DNA of 64,000 bases from Tubulanus polymorphus. Its lineage: Eukaryota; Animalia; Nemertea. Positions 42,962 through 54,733 of this stretch are shown here, piece by piece; positions within the stretch are counted from its first letter, which is position 1, and each line of letters starts with the position of its first letter. Below the pieces are notes generated by a model. That model searched no databases. It had not been told where the DNA came from and saw only the letters and a list, made by a program, of their open reading frames with translations. A program made the translations under genes and the position numbers. The stretch is from positions 3,318,485 to 3,382,484 of the forward strand of contig NC_134027.1 of the NCBI RefSeq assembly GCF_964204645.1, in the 5' to 3' direction.

Positions 42962-43391
42962 TGTGGTCAGTTGGGTTCGACATATTTAGTTCTAAAAACA
43001 TCTATTCGGTTTTGAATTTTTCCGATGCAGATCACACAGACCGGCCGCTAACGTCTTTAACTCGGCATTATAATCCATATTGTATAATATAATTATAAAC
43101 CAAATAACAGGTTTATTGTGTATATATTTTGACTGGACGATTGTGAAGTGCGGGACAGGCGGTCCACATGGTAAGCATTGGACTGGAATGATCCCGTCAA
43201 CACAACTATACAATTTGTCCCAGGGTCCCCTGAATACTTCAAAGACAGTTCGCGCCCATCTCAGGTTCTCGTCTGCGGCATGCTTTGACGATTCATAATC
43301 CGTCGATGATTAAACGTTACTAACCGAACGATCGCTGGCGATATTGTTGTCAAATCTGGTCGACTAATTAACTTGCACCCAACTGACCACA
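42962..43391. repeat. 430-bp segment bounded by 15-bp inverted repeats; possible non-autonomous DNA element
   Basis: TGTGGTCAGTTGGGT (42962-42976) / ACCCAACTGACCACA (43377-43391); interior appears more GC-rich than the flanks; no TSD found. Confidence 0.4.
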
Positions 43392-44930
43392 GCTTGACCC
43401 ATTCATAGGGGATTATGTCGAATTTCGGGCGTTTCCTTCAAAATTTGGAATTAATATCAGATATTTGCAATAAGGTCCGGTTCGCATACAAATACAGGAA
43501 ATATCGTTTAACATATGTATCCATCTCATTTACCAATACGAAAAGAAGTCATACACGTAGATCTTAAACTTTGCGAACTTCCTAAAACTGTCTAACAAAT
43601 ATATGATATATATTTGTCTAGACATTTTCTATAAACCAGGGGTTGTAGGTTTATGGCCCAGTGCACCCATTTCATTTAGTTCAAGGTTTGAGTAAATGTG
43701 CAAAAAGTAAAGGTTGAGAAAATGTGCAAAATCAATAGGAAAAGTTGACGAAGAGATTATAATGCATGATTTAATGCATGATTCGCGGTTTCTCTCGTTG
43801 ATATGAAATCAGCGTGATGCAAACCAGTTTTCTGGGAAATGCTTTTTAAAGAAAATGAAATAACAGGCTGGCAACTGAAATGATAAGTTAATTGTGGTTG
43901 GATGCCATTGGTGGTGACAGAATTGAACAATACCCTTTAGGTTATCGGAGAGGAAACTAAACCTTAAGCCCTATTCACGCTTTCGCGTAAAAGCGGAGGT
44001 GCTCTTTTTCGAAGCGACTATAGGCGGGCTCCTAAGGCAAAGCATGCACCCGATAAACTTATTTGGCTTTCGGTTACTTTTCTTTGATTTGAAGCGTCTT
44101 TACAAAGTACTATACCGTCTTGAATGGTAGATCCCGACGTCAAATACAGGTCACAGTGTAGCTCTAACCGTCAGATCGTTGCGGGCGGTCGCACGGAATA
44201 TAACGACAAAACAACTGAACGTGCGGCGTATTAAACATCAAATCTTCGTTATAAGTTGAAATCGCATCATTTATACATAAATGAACTGCACGTTAGGTAT
44301 GTATTAAAAACTTCTTGCAACTTTTGTTATTGGCACTCTCGAATTTGACAATATTTTCGTATTGTGCACCGTTTTTGATTTACAATTCTTTACGTACATT
44401 TTTAAACATCTTCGATATTTGATGAAAATAGATTATATAGACCAAACATATAGATTCATAGACTAATACTCCCAAACGTGTCTCAGTTTTTTTTCTCAAA
44501 ATATGTGTTTCTGAAGGGAAGTCTATGAAAATTCGATTCCTTTCCATTGGGTAGGCCCTATATTGTTTGTAAGTGTAGCCTGCGTTTGCAAAGAAATTAA
44601 CTTATTAATGGAAAATCAGGTATCGCTGTTAAGTCGGCGTTTTGCGGGCTGGTCATGGCCCGTGTTTATTATTCTATAAGCTAACAGTGACCAGGGCGGT
44701 GACACTGCCTTATATGGACGACGCGGACAGTAGTCAAAATATTCAAATAGTGACCTCATGCACATTGTGTATACCGCAGGAGTGACGAATGAAAATCTTT
44801 ATAATTATTTCAACCGCATGGTTTTATTTAATATGTTCGTTTGTCATGGCGTTTCACGGTTGTTTCTTAATAGCGTTTATATAAAAATGAAACATAATGT
44901 AGTTATGTGTATCGATGAACTATAAACAAC

Positions 44931-47900
44931 ATGGCGGTAAGTAACTAAACTAAACCAACAATATCAACCTTTTTTCAAACCAATTTGAAATCTCCGAAAT
45001 CACTTTGAATTTATATTCTTATCTTCAGCAGTATTTGTATAGAATTCCAGTAATTTTTTGAATTACATGATTACCATTTCGTCTGTCAGTGCATAGAACT
45101 ATAACTAGTCCGTTATAGTTCTATGGTCAGTGTAATCAATTCGACCGCATGAAACCCCATTTTCAACTGGTCGAAATTATTTGGCAATCACGGGCCACTT
45201 GATTACATTAATAGATCTGTTTGTTGGGTTCATTCTGTCAACTCGTGTCTGTAATTTGATTGATGTTCGAGCGAGTTGTTCATTTGCGGTTCCTTCTTTG
45301 CACTCATCGCTTATAGGTGACCAGCAGGCTAGGGTCGTGTCCTTTTCAAATAAAATTACCTGGCGACCTTCGAAGAAAATCCTGCAGCCCACGCGCGTGT
45401 TTTCTTACGTCGTGTTTGTCGATTTCAAACTGCTCCAAGGCTGAAAATGAAATCTTGATGCGAAATTTGAAATAGAACATCTACATGTATAATGAGCTTT
45501 AATTTTTTCACCTTTGGGATTTATATACATCGGTTCCCATCCAAACGACAAACAAAAAAACACATTTTCACACAAATATTTCGACAGACCTTGGGAAATA
45601 GATATTGAATAAATACATATTTATTCGTTAAATCTTTGAGACGAACTATTTAAAAATCCAGAATATCATCAGATTCAATCTCATACGTATACGTACGATA
45701 ATATATATATTTATATATGTAATATAATATAATATGGTGATTTGATTACTTAGCCTTTGTTTTCAAGTTGCGTAGAATTCTATAACACCACCCACCTGAA
45801 AATCAGCCAGGCATTTGTTTATTCAAATAAAGAAAAAGGGCTGACTATATATAAATTGCTGATCTACACAAACCGTATTCATAACTTTATTACATAAGGA
45901 AAAGTTGGTAATAAATGCGCATTAAGCTGGTAATAAATCTACATTCATTCATAGTTTTATTGCATTGGTTGGTAAAAATCCCATGATTCAGTTATTCCAT
46001 AATACAAATTCCATCCCCTATCCCACGCGATCCTACAAAAACAATGTCAGACTTAATGGATAATGATTTTGAGTTTAACATTTATAAGGATGAAATATGA
46101 GTCCCACAATCACAAGTTCGAAAGAGATTTTAAAACATCGAAACTATAGAGAATTTATTGAAACCTCGAATTTTCGGTTTTATCCTAAAACCCCTTCTCA
46201 TGGTTTTTAGGATAAAACCGAAAATTCGAGGTTTTAAACTTGTGATTGTTGGACTCATATTTCATTCGTCTCTCGCGATTTATTGCGTAGTTTTATCACG
46301 TTATTTATAAGGATGTTCACGCAAATCCCTTATGATATTTCCTCAGGTGGGTGCAAAAGGATCGATATTATTGAATGATCGTCGTGGATGAAATATTTCA
46401 CAATATTTTCCGATCTCATATCAATAAAAACTGCAAATAAAACCCGACAGATTTGGCAATTTAAGTTAAATAAGAAAACCTGGTAAACAAATATTTAAGT
46501 TATTCCGTCTGTCCTGAGTAGGTGGTGAAGATATTTGTACTCGGTGTACATTTTAAAGGCTTATAGCAATTATACAGTGGGGAGTACTAGTCCTATTGCC
46601 AAACAAAAACGTTTATTAGTTGAATTATTTGTCGCACGCAGATAATGGCGTTTTATCCCCTTACAAAGATAAAAACAAGTTTTAAGAGATCTATAAACTG
46701 GTGTAACATGGAGAACATACATATCACTAGTCTATATCATTTTCTCACGGGAATGAATTGTATGTAGTTATCAGGTACAGCATAATATCAGGTATTAAGA
46801 GTTGTGTAGGAGCCGTATTGACGGTCTCTAATCAAAAAACGTCAAGATGAATAGTTATTTGAGCGAAGGTTAACTAGCGCTTTATTTGAACACGAATTCG
46901 TTTTAGCCACGATTTGGAGTATGAGCTGTAGCTACTATAGTGTATTGTAGCTACGAGCATAATTGCCCGTAGATTGTAGCTCCATCAGGTTATAAATGAG
47001 ATATTGTGGTTGATAATATTTCATATGCTTTTACTTATAGATTGCTAGTAATAAGATGAAGCAAATAGAGGTTGCTGCAGATGAGGTCCACCCTACTGGT
47101 TCCAGACGAAGAAGACACAAACGCCAGCATATTACTCCTGCAGGTGTTAACGAGAACAATTCTACCAACCACATGGATCAACTTGTGCTTAAAATCGCAA
47201 AGATGGCCCAACTACAAAAACATAAGGAGATGGCAAAGTCTCAGAATCAAAACGGTGTCGAGAAAGATGTCGAGAATTTGAATCCATACGACGAAGTTCA
47301 AACTTTCCCAACCAGACGTGGCGAGGCGATGTGCGAATTCGACTCCGATTCAATCGTTACATGTGAGGGTGAAATAGACATTCTATTACACGATCCGATA
47401 TTACCTGTTGAAACTGGGGATGAGGAAGAGCCCTGTATCGACATGTACTCAGCATCCGAGGAGCGTTATTTCGTCAAAGAACCGGTCCATCAATATCATT
47501 ATAGCGGCTCAACTTACAGTCAAACAGCGTGGCCTGGACGGCGCAGTAGTGACATTCATAATCACAATCATAAACTACAAAAAGTTTCCAAAAATATGAG
47601 CGATATTATAACTGACCTAAACGAGCCGAAAAATACGAAAGCAAAAACTGCGAAAAATCGACGTTCGCGATCGTGGGATGATAAATCCGGTAAGCAGCGA
47701 CATAAAACTTCTTCACATCAACATAACATATATTTCAATCAATGCATAACTAATCACAGTCCGTTACCGTTCGAATCCGCTTACCATTCATCAACACTGG
47801 GCAGGAGTCAACGCCGTAAGAATACGCTGACAAAAAAATCATCCGAGGACAATCTGCGAAATAAACAGGAACCCGGTTACCATCCGAGGTATAAATATTA

Positions 47901-48645
47901 CGGTAGTTGTCGGTACGAGTTGTTACCATCGGATGATCACGTTTACGAGACAATTCCCGGGGATTATTACCAAATTCCCACAAATTCTGGAAACATACAT
48001 CTAATACCACCGCCCTTACCACCGAGACCCGGGTTTTTAATGCAATCCGTTCCCAATTTATTAGGACATGAATATTTGGAACTGTTACCGGACAGCGAAG
48101 ATGAAGTATTCGATGATAATCGAGATTCAGAATTGTTATCGACTTCGTGGAATTGTCGTAACGAAACTGTTCGTAATATCAGTGTATTTCGTGAACCGGA
48201 ATACGCGATGTACGGATCTAGGCGAAAATCTTCAAATAATCAATACGACGATTGCGTACGACATCAAATCAAACAGAAGAACCGGTGGATGTCTCCTTCA
48301 TCGTCCAGAGATGTGTCACCCGTAAAAACAAGCCGCAATCGTAAAAACAGTCCGTATAGTTCGTCGTCGCATTACGAAAAACCGATCAGTTCGAAAAAAG
48401 AGAAACATTTCGAGAAATCTAAATCCGAACGAGATTTGTCAAAACTACGAGTTTCGGTTTATCACCATTATACGGTCGACGATGTTCTAGAAAGTATACA
48501 ACGCGTCGAAGTTGGTGAAGATTTCGAAAATGCTAATAATAATAGTAATAATAATAAGACCTCCAGAAGATTGCGTTCCAATAGAAAAAGGTTGCCCCAA
48601 TTAACAGTAAACGTGGCGGGTGAACACAAAGAGACATTTTTCTAA
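44931..48645 (+). CDS. Uncharacterised, largely disordered ~535-aa protein (2-codon first coding exon 44931-44936 plus exon 47041-48645)
   Basis: 529-codon ORF 47056-48645 preceded in frame by a tag acceptor at 47040; aacATGGCG|gtaagt at 44931 gives a phase-0 start (inferred). Motifs PPPLPPRP, HVYETIP, HEYLEL and C-terminal ETFF. Confidence 0.7.
45092..45125. mobile_element. 34-bp miniature TIR element with 7-bp TSD (P-element-like termini)
   Basis: GTCAGTG | CATAGAACTATAAC tagtcc GTTATAGTTCTATG | GTCAGTG. Confidence 0.75.
46090..46265. repeat. Long nested palindrome / foldback element
   Basis: Perfect 30-bp inner arms AAACCTCGAATTTTCGGTTTTATCCTAAAA with a 14-nt loop, and ~28-bp outer arms TGAAATATGAGTCC.ACAATCACAAGTT; ATTTATAAGGATG is repeated at 46080-46092 and 46303-46315. 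Confidence 0.8.
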
Positions 48646-49209
48646 ACGAAAATATAAAAGCATTTAACTGCGTGCACTAGTATTAATAAAGTCAACTACT
48701 ATTAATGTCGGTTTAAAAATGTATTTGTTGATAACTCTGAAGATTGTACCGTGGATCGAGTATGTTTTAATTCCAGATCAGTCATATTGGTGAATAATTT
48801 TTAAGATAAATAAAAAAAGTCCCAATCCTTATTGTTCAACTATGTTTTTTTTTTCCATTTTGTTCGTCGCTTTGATATTTCGGCGTATGAGAAGGAACTG
48901 AGGACGAGGCACAGGTCGGTATGTCTTCATTCTAATCTGCATTCACACGAAGGCAAAGTGCCGAGGCAATAACAATGTCCGTGCTGCCAACATCACCAGG
49001 CACCTTGATCCTTTTGGAAATCAAAAGCTGCATACACAGGAAGTCCTTACAAGAACAAGCAGCCATTAAAGCATGACAAACAAATAAATACCAGTATCTT
49101 TCGAAATTTATTCATGTACATGATGGTCAATAGTAATCTTCGATTTACTACTGTTCTTTCATATTATTACAACTGTACTAAATAACTCAGTTCATATAAA
49201 AACACAACA

Positions 49210-51571
49210 TCAGGCTTCCGCTTCCTCGTCAAATATCAAAGTATCGTCAGACATTTGAAACAGTTCCTCGTCGTAGATCTCCTCTGGTAGCGGTTCAGAT
49301 GAATCTTCAGGGAAATATGAAGGCATAGGCGGTGGTCTATTTCTAGCATTCAGTTCATCGATTCGATACAGTAATCTAGTATCGTATACTCGCATATAAC
49401 AATGATTAGGACCAGGCGCACGATATCCATTTACGTAAAGTACGTTATGTTTCGTGTCGATTTTCCATATCTGTAAAATACGGCGAAAACGAACCTCAAT
49501 ACACAGACGACTAGTTCGCCATCTAGCGGAAATTTACAACTATATTTACCTTTAGTCCGCGTAAGACGCACCACGACATTCCCATGTGTCCAGGCATTTT
49601 CTTGCCTTTCCATATTCCGGATTTATCCTAAATGAAATAAGACAGAATCAATGAACATACAGCTCAATAACTGTAATGCACAAGTGTCAGTGAATTGAAC
49701 TGGACTTACCCCTCCACCACCAGTTGATCCCATCTTTCTATGAAATTTAGTTGAACCATGAGATGCAGGTCCTCCTTTCATTCCCCATCGTTTCATAACT
49801 CCCTGAAATCCGTGACCAACCCTTTAAAGAAACGATACACACAAAATCAAAGTCAGCCACTCGATTTCCATGAATAATTTATACAAACTACACTCACGTT
49901 TTAGCCTGAACGTCAACGTAATCACCAACTTGAAAATGATTTACCGTTAGGGGTGTACCTGAAAATGTAAATACAGATATTTAGAACGGGTATCAATGTT
50001 TTACATTGGAGCAGCAGAATTTGTTTACAACCTTCATTTACCTGGTTTAATAGCAGCGTCCGGAGTGACTGCATAACGAGTTACCTGACGTTTAGGAGCT
50101 ACTCCCGCTTCAAGAAACTTCTGATAATATGATTTCGTGAACTGAAATACGATTACGATTTTTTGTCAACAATGAACATATCGAATATTGAAAATCACAG
50201 TGTTCTAAAACTTACCAAATGAGGTGAAGTACTCAGCGCACCAACCTCAACTACACCACGTTTACCATACCAAAATTGTTTCTTATAATACGGAGTTGGT
50301 GGAACATCTTCTGGAGCTGTATATTTAATAACATGATTATCTATTACCTGGAAAAAAACCAAGAATGCCAGTATATAGAATAGATACGATCATCTAAAGC
50401 GGGGCGTAGGTCGACGTGACGCGACGCGATCGTCGCATTGCGTCACAAGTGGCCGCGCAAGTCGGTTGCGACGCGATTGTCAGCAACTGAGTGCGACTAG
50501 TTGCTGCCGGTCACAACAGCACGCAGGTCGGTTGCAACGGTCGCGTCGCATCGCAGAAAGTAGAACATGTGCGACTCATTGCGACTGGCGTCGCTGGCAG
50601 TCGCAACCCGTCGCTGGCAGTCGCAAGGTAGCATAGGTCGGTGAGTCGTTGCGACAACAAACTAATGAATGATAGCAAGCAAAAAATCATGGACTAGTTG
50701 AATAGTTAGTCGGGTAGAACTAGTCGACTCTGCTTTCCTCAACATATCGAGCGACCAATAAATTCTTCCTGAGTCAAGTGAACTAGTTGTTATCTGAGTA
50801 ACTAGAGACTACTGTATTATCACAACTCATTTGAATCTACCTGAAGTAAAGTGCAGTAGAACTTCCGACCGCTTTTCGTCCATTGAGGAATAATTCCGAT
50901 TTTAACCGCGATCACTCCAGTTCGTTTAGTCCTAGTAGAAATAGATAAAGACAAATGATTGAAAAAAACACCAATGTAAAACTAAGGGTGAGTTAAGGTA
51001 ATAAATAAGGATACTGTAAAAATCTGGAAGTTGAAGTAGGCCTACATGAAACAGGAGAATGCTGACTTACTTTGGAGTCCACTGATGTCTTTCCCATGGC
51101 TCATCTATCAAGGGACTATTCTCGTGATTGTATCCACCCTGAAATCGATCTGCAACGACTTCCTTCAAAAATTCCTTATTTTCATCAGTAACGTCAGTAT
51201 TTCGAATTCCCGTTGTCCGCCTTGGTAACCATTCCCTTCGCCTTGACGTTCGTTTGCGATGTAGATCTCTTGTAAACTCAATCTGAGGTATTAAACTTAA
51301 AACAGAAATAAATGAGCAATAGGTAATAAGTGAAGCAAATATAATTTATTTACTTTGTATTAAATTTGATTGGTGCTAACCATGGTCATGATTGGATTGA
51401 TTTAACTTTTCTAAGACATTGACAGAAAATATTCTTATTTTGATGAGACATTAATTGAAGATGAATGTACTGAACGTGAAATATTTACCTTGTTAGTAAT
51501 TTTGATTGATTTATAAAGGAGTTTGTAGCTAATTTGACACCAACACCACATCGCAACAAATTCATTGCCAT
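49210..51571 (-). CDS. MRPL3: Mitochondrial ribosomal protein L3 (uL3m), multi-exon
   Basis: [85 protein letters not shown]. Confidence 0.95.
50395..50660. mobile_element. GC-rich GTCGC/GCGAC-repeat element (probable truncated non-autonomous DNA transposon) in an MRPL3 intron
   Basis: Abrupt CpG-rich block with many GCGAC/GTCGC units in both orientations and tandem CGTCGCTGGCAGTCGCAA; begins TAAAGCGGGGCGTA; matching right TIR not found. Confidence 0.55.
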
Positions 51572-51870
51572 TTTACTTGATTTACTAAAGCCTCGACTAG
51601 ATAGCTGAAACAACGAACGTAATTTTATGGTAATGATACTTTTCATTTCATTCAGCATACTGAAAATGTTATTGGAACATTGTTTTATAATAGAAGTGTC
51701 TAAATAAACCTAACTCTCAAAATTATCACAATCAACTGTCAAAATATGATCTTTCGACGTTTCGTTCATTCTATTTGTAATTTAGAAAAACCAAGATGTC
51801 AGCGCCCTTGAACCGGCGCGGAAAATTTCAATTTTTAACTAGAATGCGATAATTCATTCATTACTGAAAC

Positions 51871-54733
51871 ATGGATGACTTAAAGTTCATTGATAGATTA
51901 GATGAAGTTCAGAAACAGGCGCTTCAAGACACTGAAACTCAACAAAAGCAATGGTAACTCATTTAAAACAAGGGCTAAAAAGGCTTCCGCTTGTCCACAC
52001 ACACCACTTTAGTTAGTTACCTAATCGTTGGTGGTAAGCTTTTTATTATCGGATGGCTTATACCAACATGTGGTTTGTGAAAATATCCGATCGTGAAACT
52101 AAACCACAGACAGGTTACTGACTAACACCACTTCTACTTTTACAGCCTCTAAAAATAATTACCTGCCGTGCATTACTTACTTATGAAAATCAGGGGCTGA
52201 TTCATGGGCAGACTTTGACAGGGGCTCAAAGAAATGAAAATGGCATGTAGCAGCCAAAACAAGGGTCTGAAAATTTTGAAATTTCAGTGCATTTTCATAA
52301 AATTTCCAAGCACTGGGACTTTTAAGAGAATATAAACTAAACATTGAGCTGTAGACTGCTGTCTTATTAGTTGCGGTGGAAAAATTGCCCTGAAAAATAT
52401 TGCCATAGTATTTCTGAAAATTTTTACTGAAAATTTACTTTCACTTTGGGCGCTCTATGTGTGTGTTCTCTCATTTCAGGAAAACTTTTGAATCTGACTA
52501 CATGGCTTTAAAAGACAGACTGAAAACTCTTCCCGACGAGATAACTCATGATGTCATGGTAAGGAACTTACGAAACGGGGTATCGGAATAGATGATTTCC
52601 TAAATTCAAATTAATTTCTGCATTATTACATCTATCTTTCTTAAGGTACCATTTGGACCTATTGCATTCATGCCAGGGAAGTTGGTGCACACTAATGAAG
52701 TGTTAGTGTTACTGGGTGATAACTGGTTTGTTGATCGATCTGCCAAACAGTCGTGCGAAATTATTGACCGAAGAATCAAAGGTAATTTCGAACATAAAAA
52801 TACGCGTCAAATTAAATTTATTCAAATAAGCGTCAATGACTAACATAAAACAGATTCTGGATCCATCCATCTTGCGATTTCAAAGATCAAATTACTGGTT
52901 TAGTTTTTCTATTAAATCTGAAGACTTTCATTTGCAGAAGTTCAAAAGAAATTATCTGTACTCGATCAACAGAGAACTTTATTACTCGGACGGTCTGAAT
53001 TTACTGAACAATTAAAATCAATTTCTGAGGTAAATTTCGCATTACCGTAATCGGCGATATTAATATCAAACATTTCTCTTCAAATAGTAAGCTGTGAAGA
53101 TAATCTTAGTGGAAAAGCTGTCATTTTAATTTCTAGGAAAAAGATAAATATGTTGAAATCAAAGAGGAATACAATGAAGAAGAGGAAAGAAAATGGAAAG
53201 GTAATCACATTGATTGAAAATTTTAAAACTATAGTGCTAATAATAAATATTTCATAATTTTGTAGTAACTAAGTATCCTAGCTATGTCCTATAAAATATT
53301 TAGCTCTTGGAACTTTTTTGAATTTGTTTTTCTCGTACTAATAGCCATATGTATTACAGAGAAACATCGCGAAAATGTAAGAAAATATCGACATGAAGAA
53401 ATGCTAGATTTGTCATTGTTGGATGAGCCAGTACTTAGTGAAGATGGCGAGGAATTTCAGGCGATAGAAAAGTTGGATGGAGCCGGTGAGGAACCAATAT
53501 TTGGTCGCACAGAAGAAGATGCTGAAATCTGGATGATTTTGGATCGACTTGAAAAACAAGAAGATGAAAATAGAGAGATGGAAAGGTAAATAGATTTAAA
53601 CAACTGCAGCTTCCCATCAATAAAATCAATCCAGTGTTTGTGGTATGTTTCATTTTCAAGTAATTAGGTCAGTATTTTTTTTAGACTATCAGATGCTGAA
53701 AGTGAAGAAAGGGATGAATATAAGAAATTAGAGTCTGAGGAGTTAAATGAAAATGCTGGTGATAAGAGAAATGATGATGATAATGACAGTGATGATCGAG
53801 ATGATGATGACAATGAAAGTATTCAGAGTGAAATTGATTCAGATGATTCAAAGTCCGTAACGTGGAAAGATTTCGAAGATGAAGAAAGAATAAAGCAACA
53901 CCGACCAAACAAGATTCATTTTTCTCATTCACCCGAATCCAGTGAGGTATGTTTAAACTATCGCAAACACGCTGTGACTTTTTATCCAGTTGTAAAATGT
54001 GTATTTAGAAATCGTGATTGATATTTGTAGGGAACAGATCTTGGAGAAGCTGAAGTTAAAAAGGATTTAAAATCAGTCATAGCCTCTCCGGGTGATATTT
54101 ATCGATGTTTTGCTCAACAGAAAGGACCGAAGTCGATATTAAAAACATCTAGTGGTACTTCTCCTCACTCTGCCCCTGAGCCACATAGGGACAAGATTGT
54201 ATCTACTGGATCAGTTGCGGTAGGTTGTTGATTTAATTTGCGTTCTATAATTACATTATATCGTCAGTCTAAATGATACTGTTTAACGACAAGGGAAAAG
54301 CTTTATACAAGTACAGCTACTGTATTTGTACTACTTATATCTAAAAATAACCAACTCGTTGGTTATTATCTATTTGGAGAGTTTTAATTGAGAGTTTCGC
54401 ACACCAATGCGATTCACTTATTCATTTCGCCTGATGATATATGAGTTGTTTATTCTTGATTCAATGGATTTTAACAGATGTGACCTGTTGAACAAATTCA
54501 ATGTTAACTTTTAAGAAATAGATGATATCGATTTTATTTTGAATAACTCTTAGGCATTTTCTGGAACAATAGTGGAACGGACTATATCGCAAGCAAAGGA
54601 TGAACAAAAGAAACCAGTTTCGCCATCTAAATTTCGTGGAGATAGACTTAAAAAAGTGCAGGATTCAAATAAAGAAAATGTGGACGCAAAACCGGTCTCA
54701 AAATTCAAAGCGCAAAGACAGACAAAGACATAG
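51871..54733 (+). CDS. URI1: Unconventional prefoldin RPB5 interactor, multi-exon
   Basis: Alpha-prefoldin LPDEITHDVMVPFGPIAFMPGKLVHTNEVLVLLGDNWFVDRSAKQ; 'ILDRLEKQE'; Asp-rich tract; SPGDIY; PKSILK; C-terminal URI motif KPVSKFKAQR. Confidence 0.95.
52010..52124. mobile_element. 115-bp MITE, copy 2, in URI1 intron 1, perfect 9-bp TSD
   Basis: ACACCACTT (52001-52009) | TAGTTAGTTACCT...AGGTTACTGACTA | ACACCACTT (52125-52133); differs from 37433-37548 by one G. Confidence 0.9.

Noticed and set aside
44455-44529. TTCATAGACT...AGTCTATGAA inverted repeat
   Set aside because: Only 10 bp with no TSD; too weak to call.
47072-48325. Short alternative-frame and antisense ORFs overlapping the 529-aa ORF
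   Set aside because: They are 63-90 aa with no motifs, as expected for shadows of a long coding exon.
52010-52124. Hammerhead ribozyme or H/ACA snoRNA reading of the two-hairpin repeat
   Set aside because: There is no CUGANGA/GAAA core in the right geometry and no ANANNA hinge between the hairpins; TIRs and a TSD favour a DNA element.
53681-53932. His-rich minus-strand ORF
   Set aside because: It is the antisense shadow of the Asp-rich (GAT)n exon of URI1.
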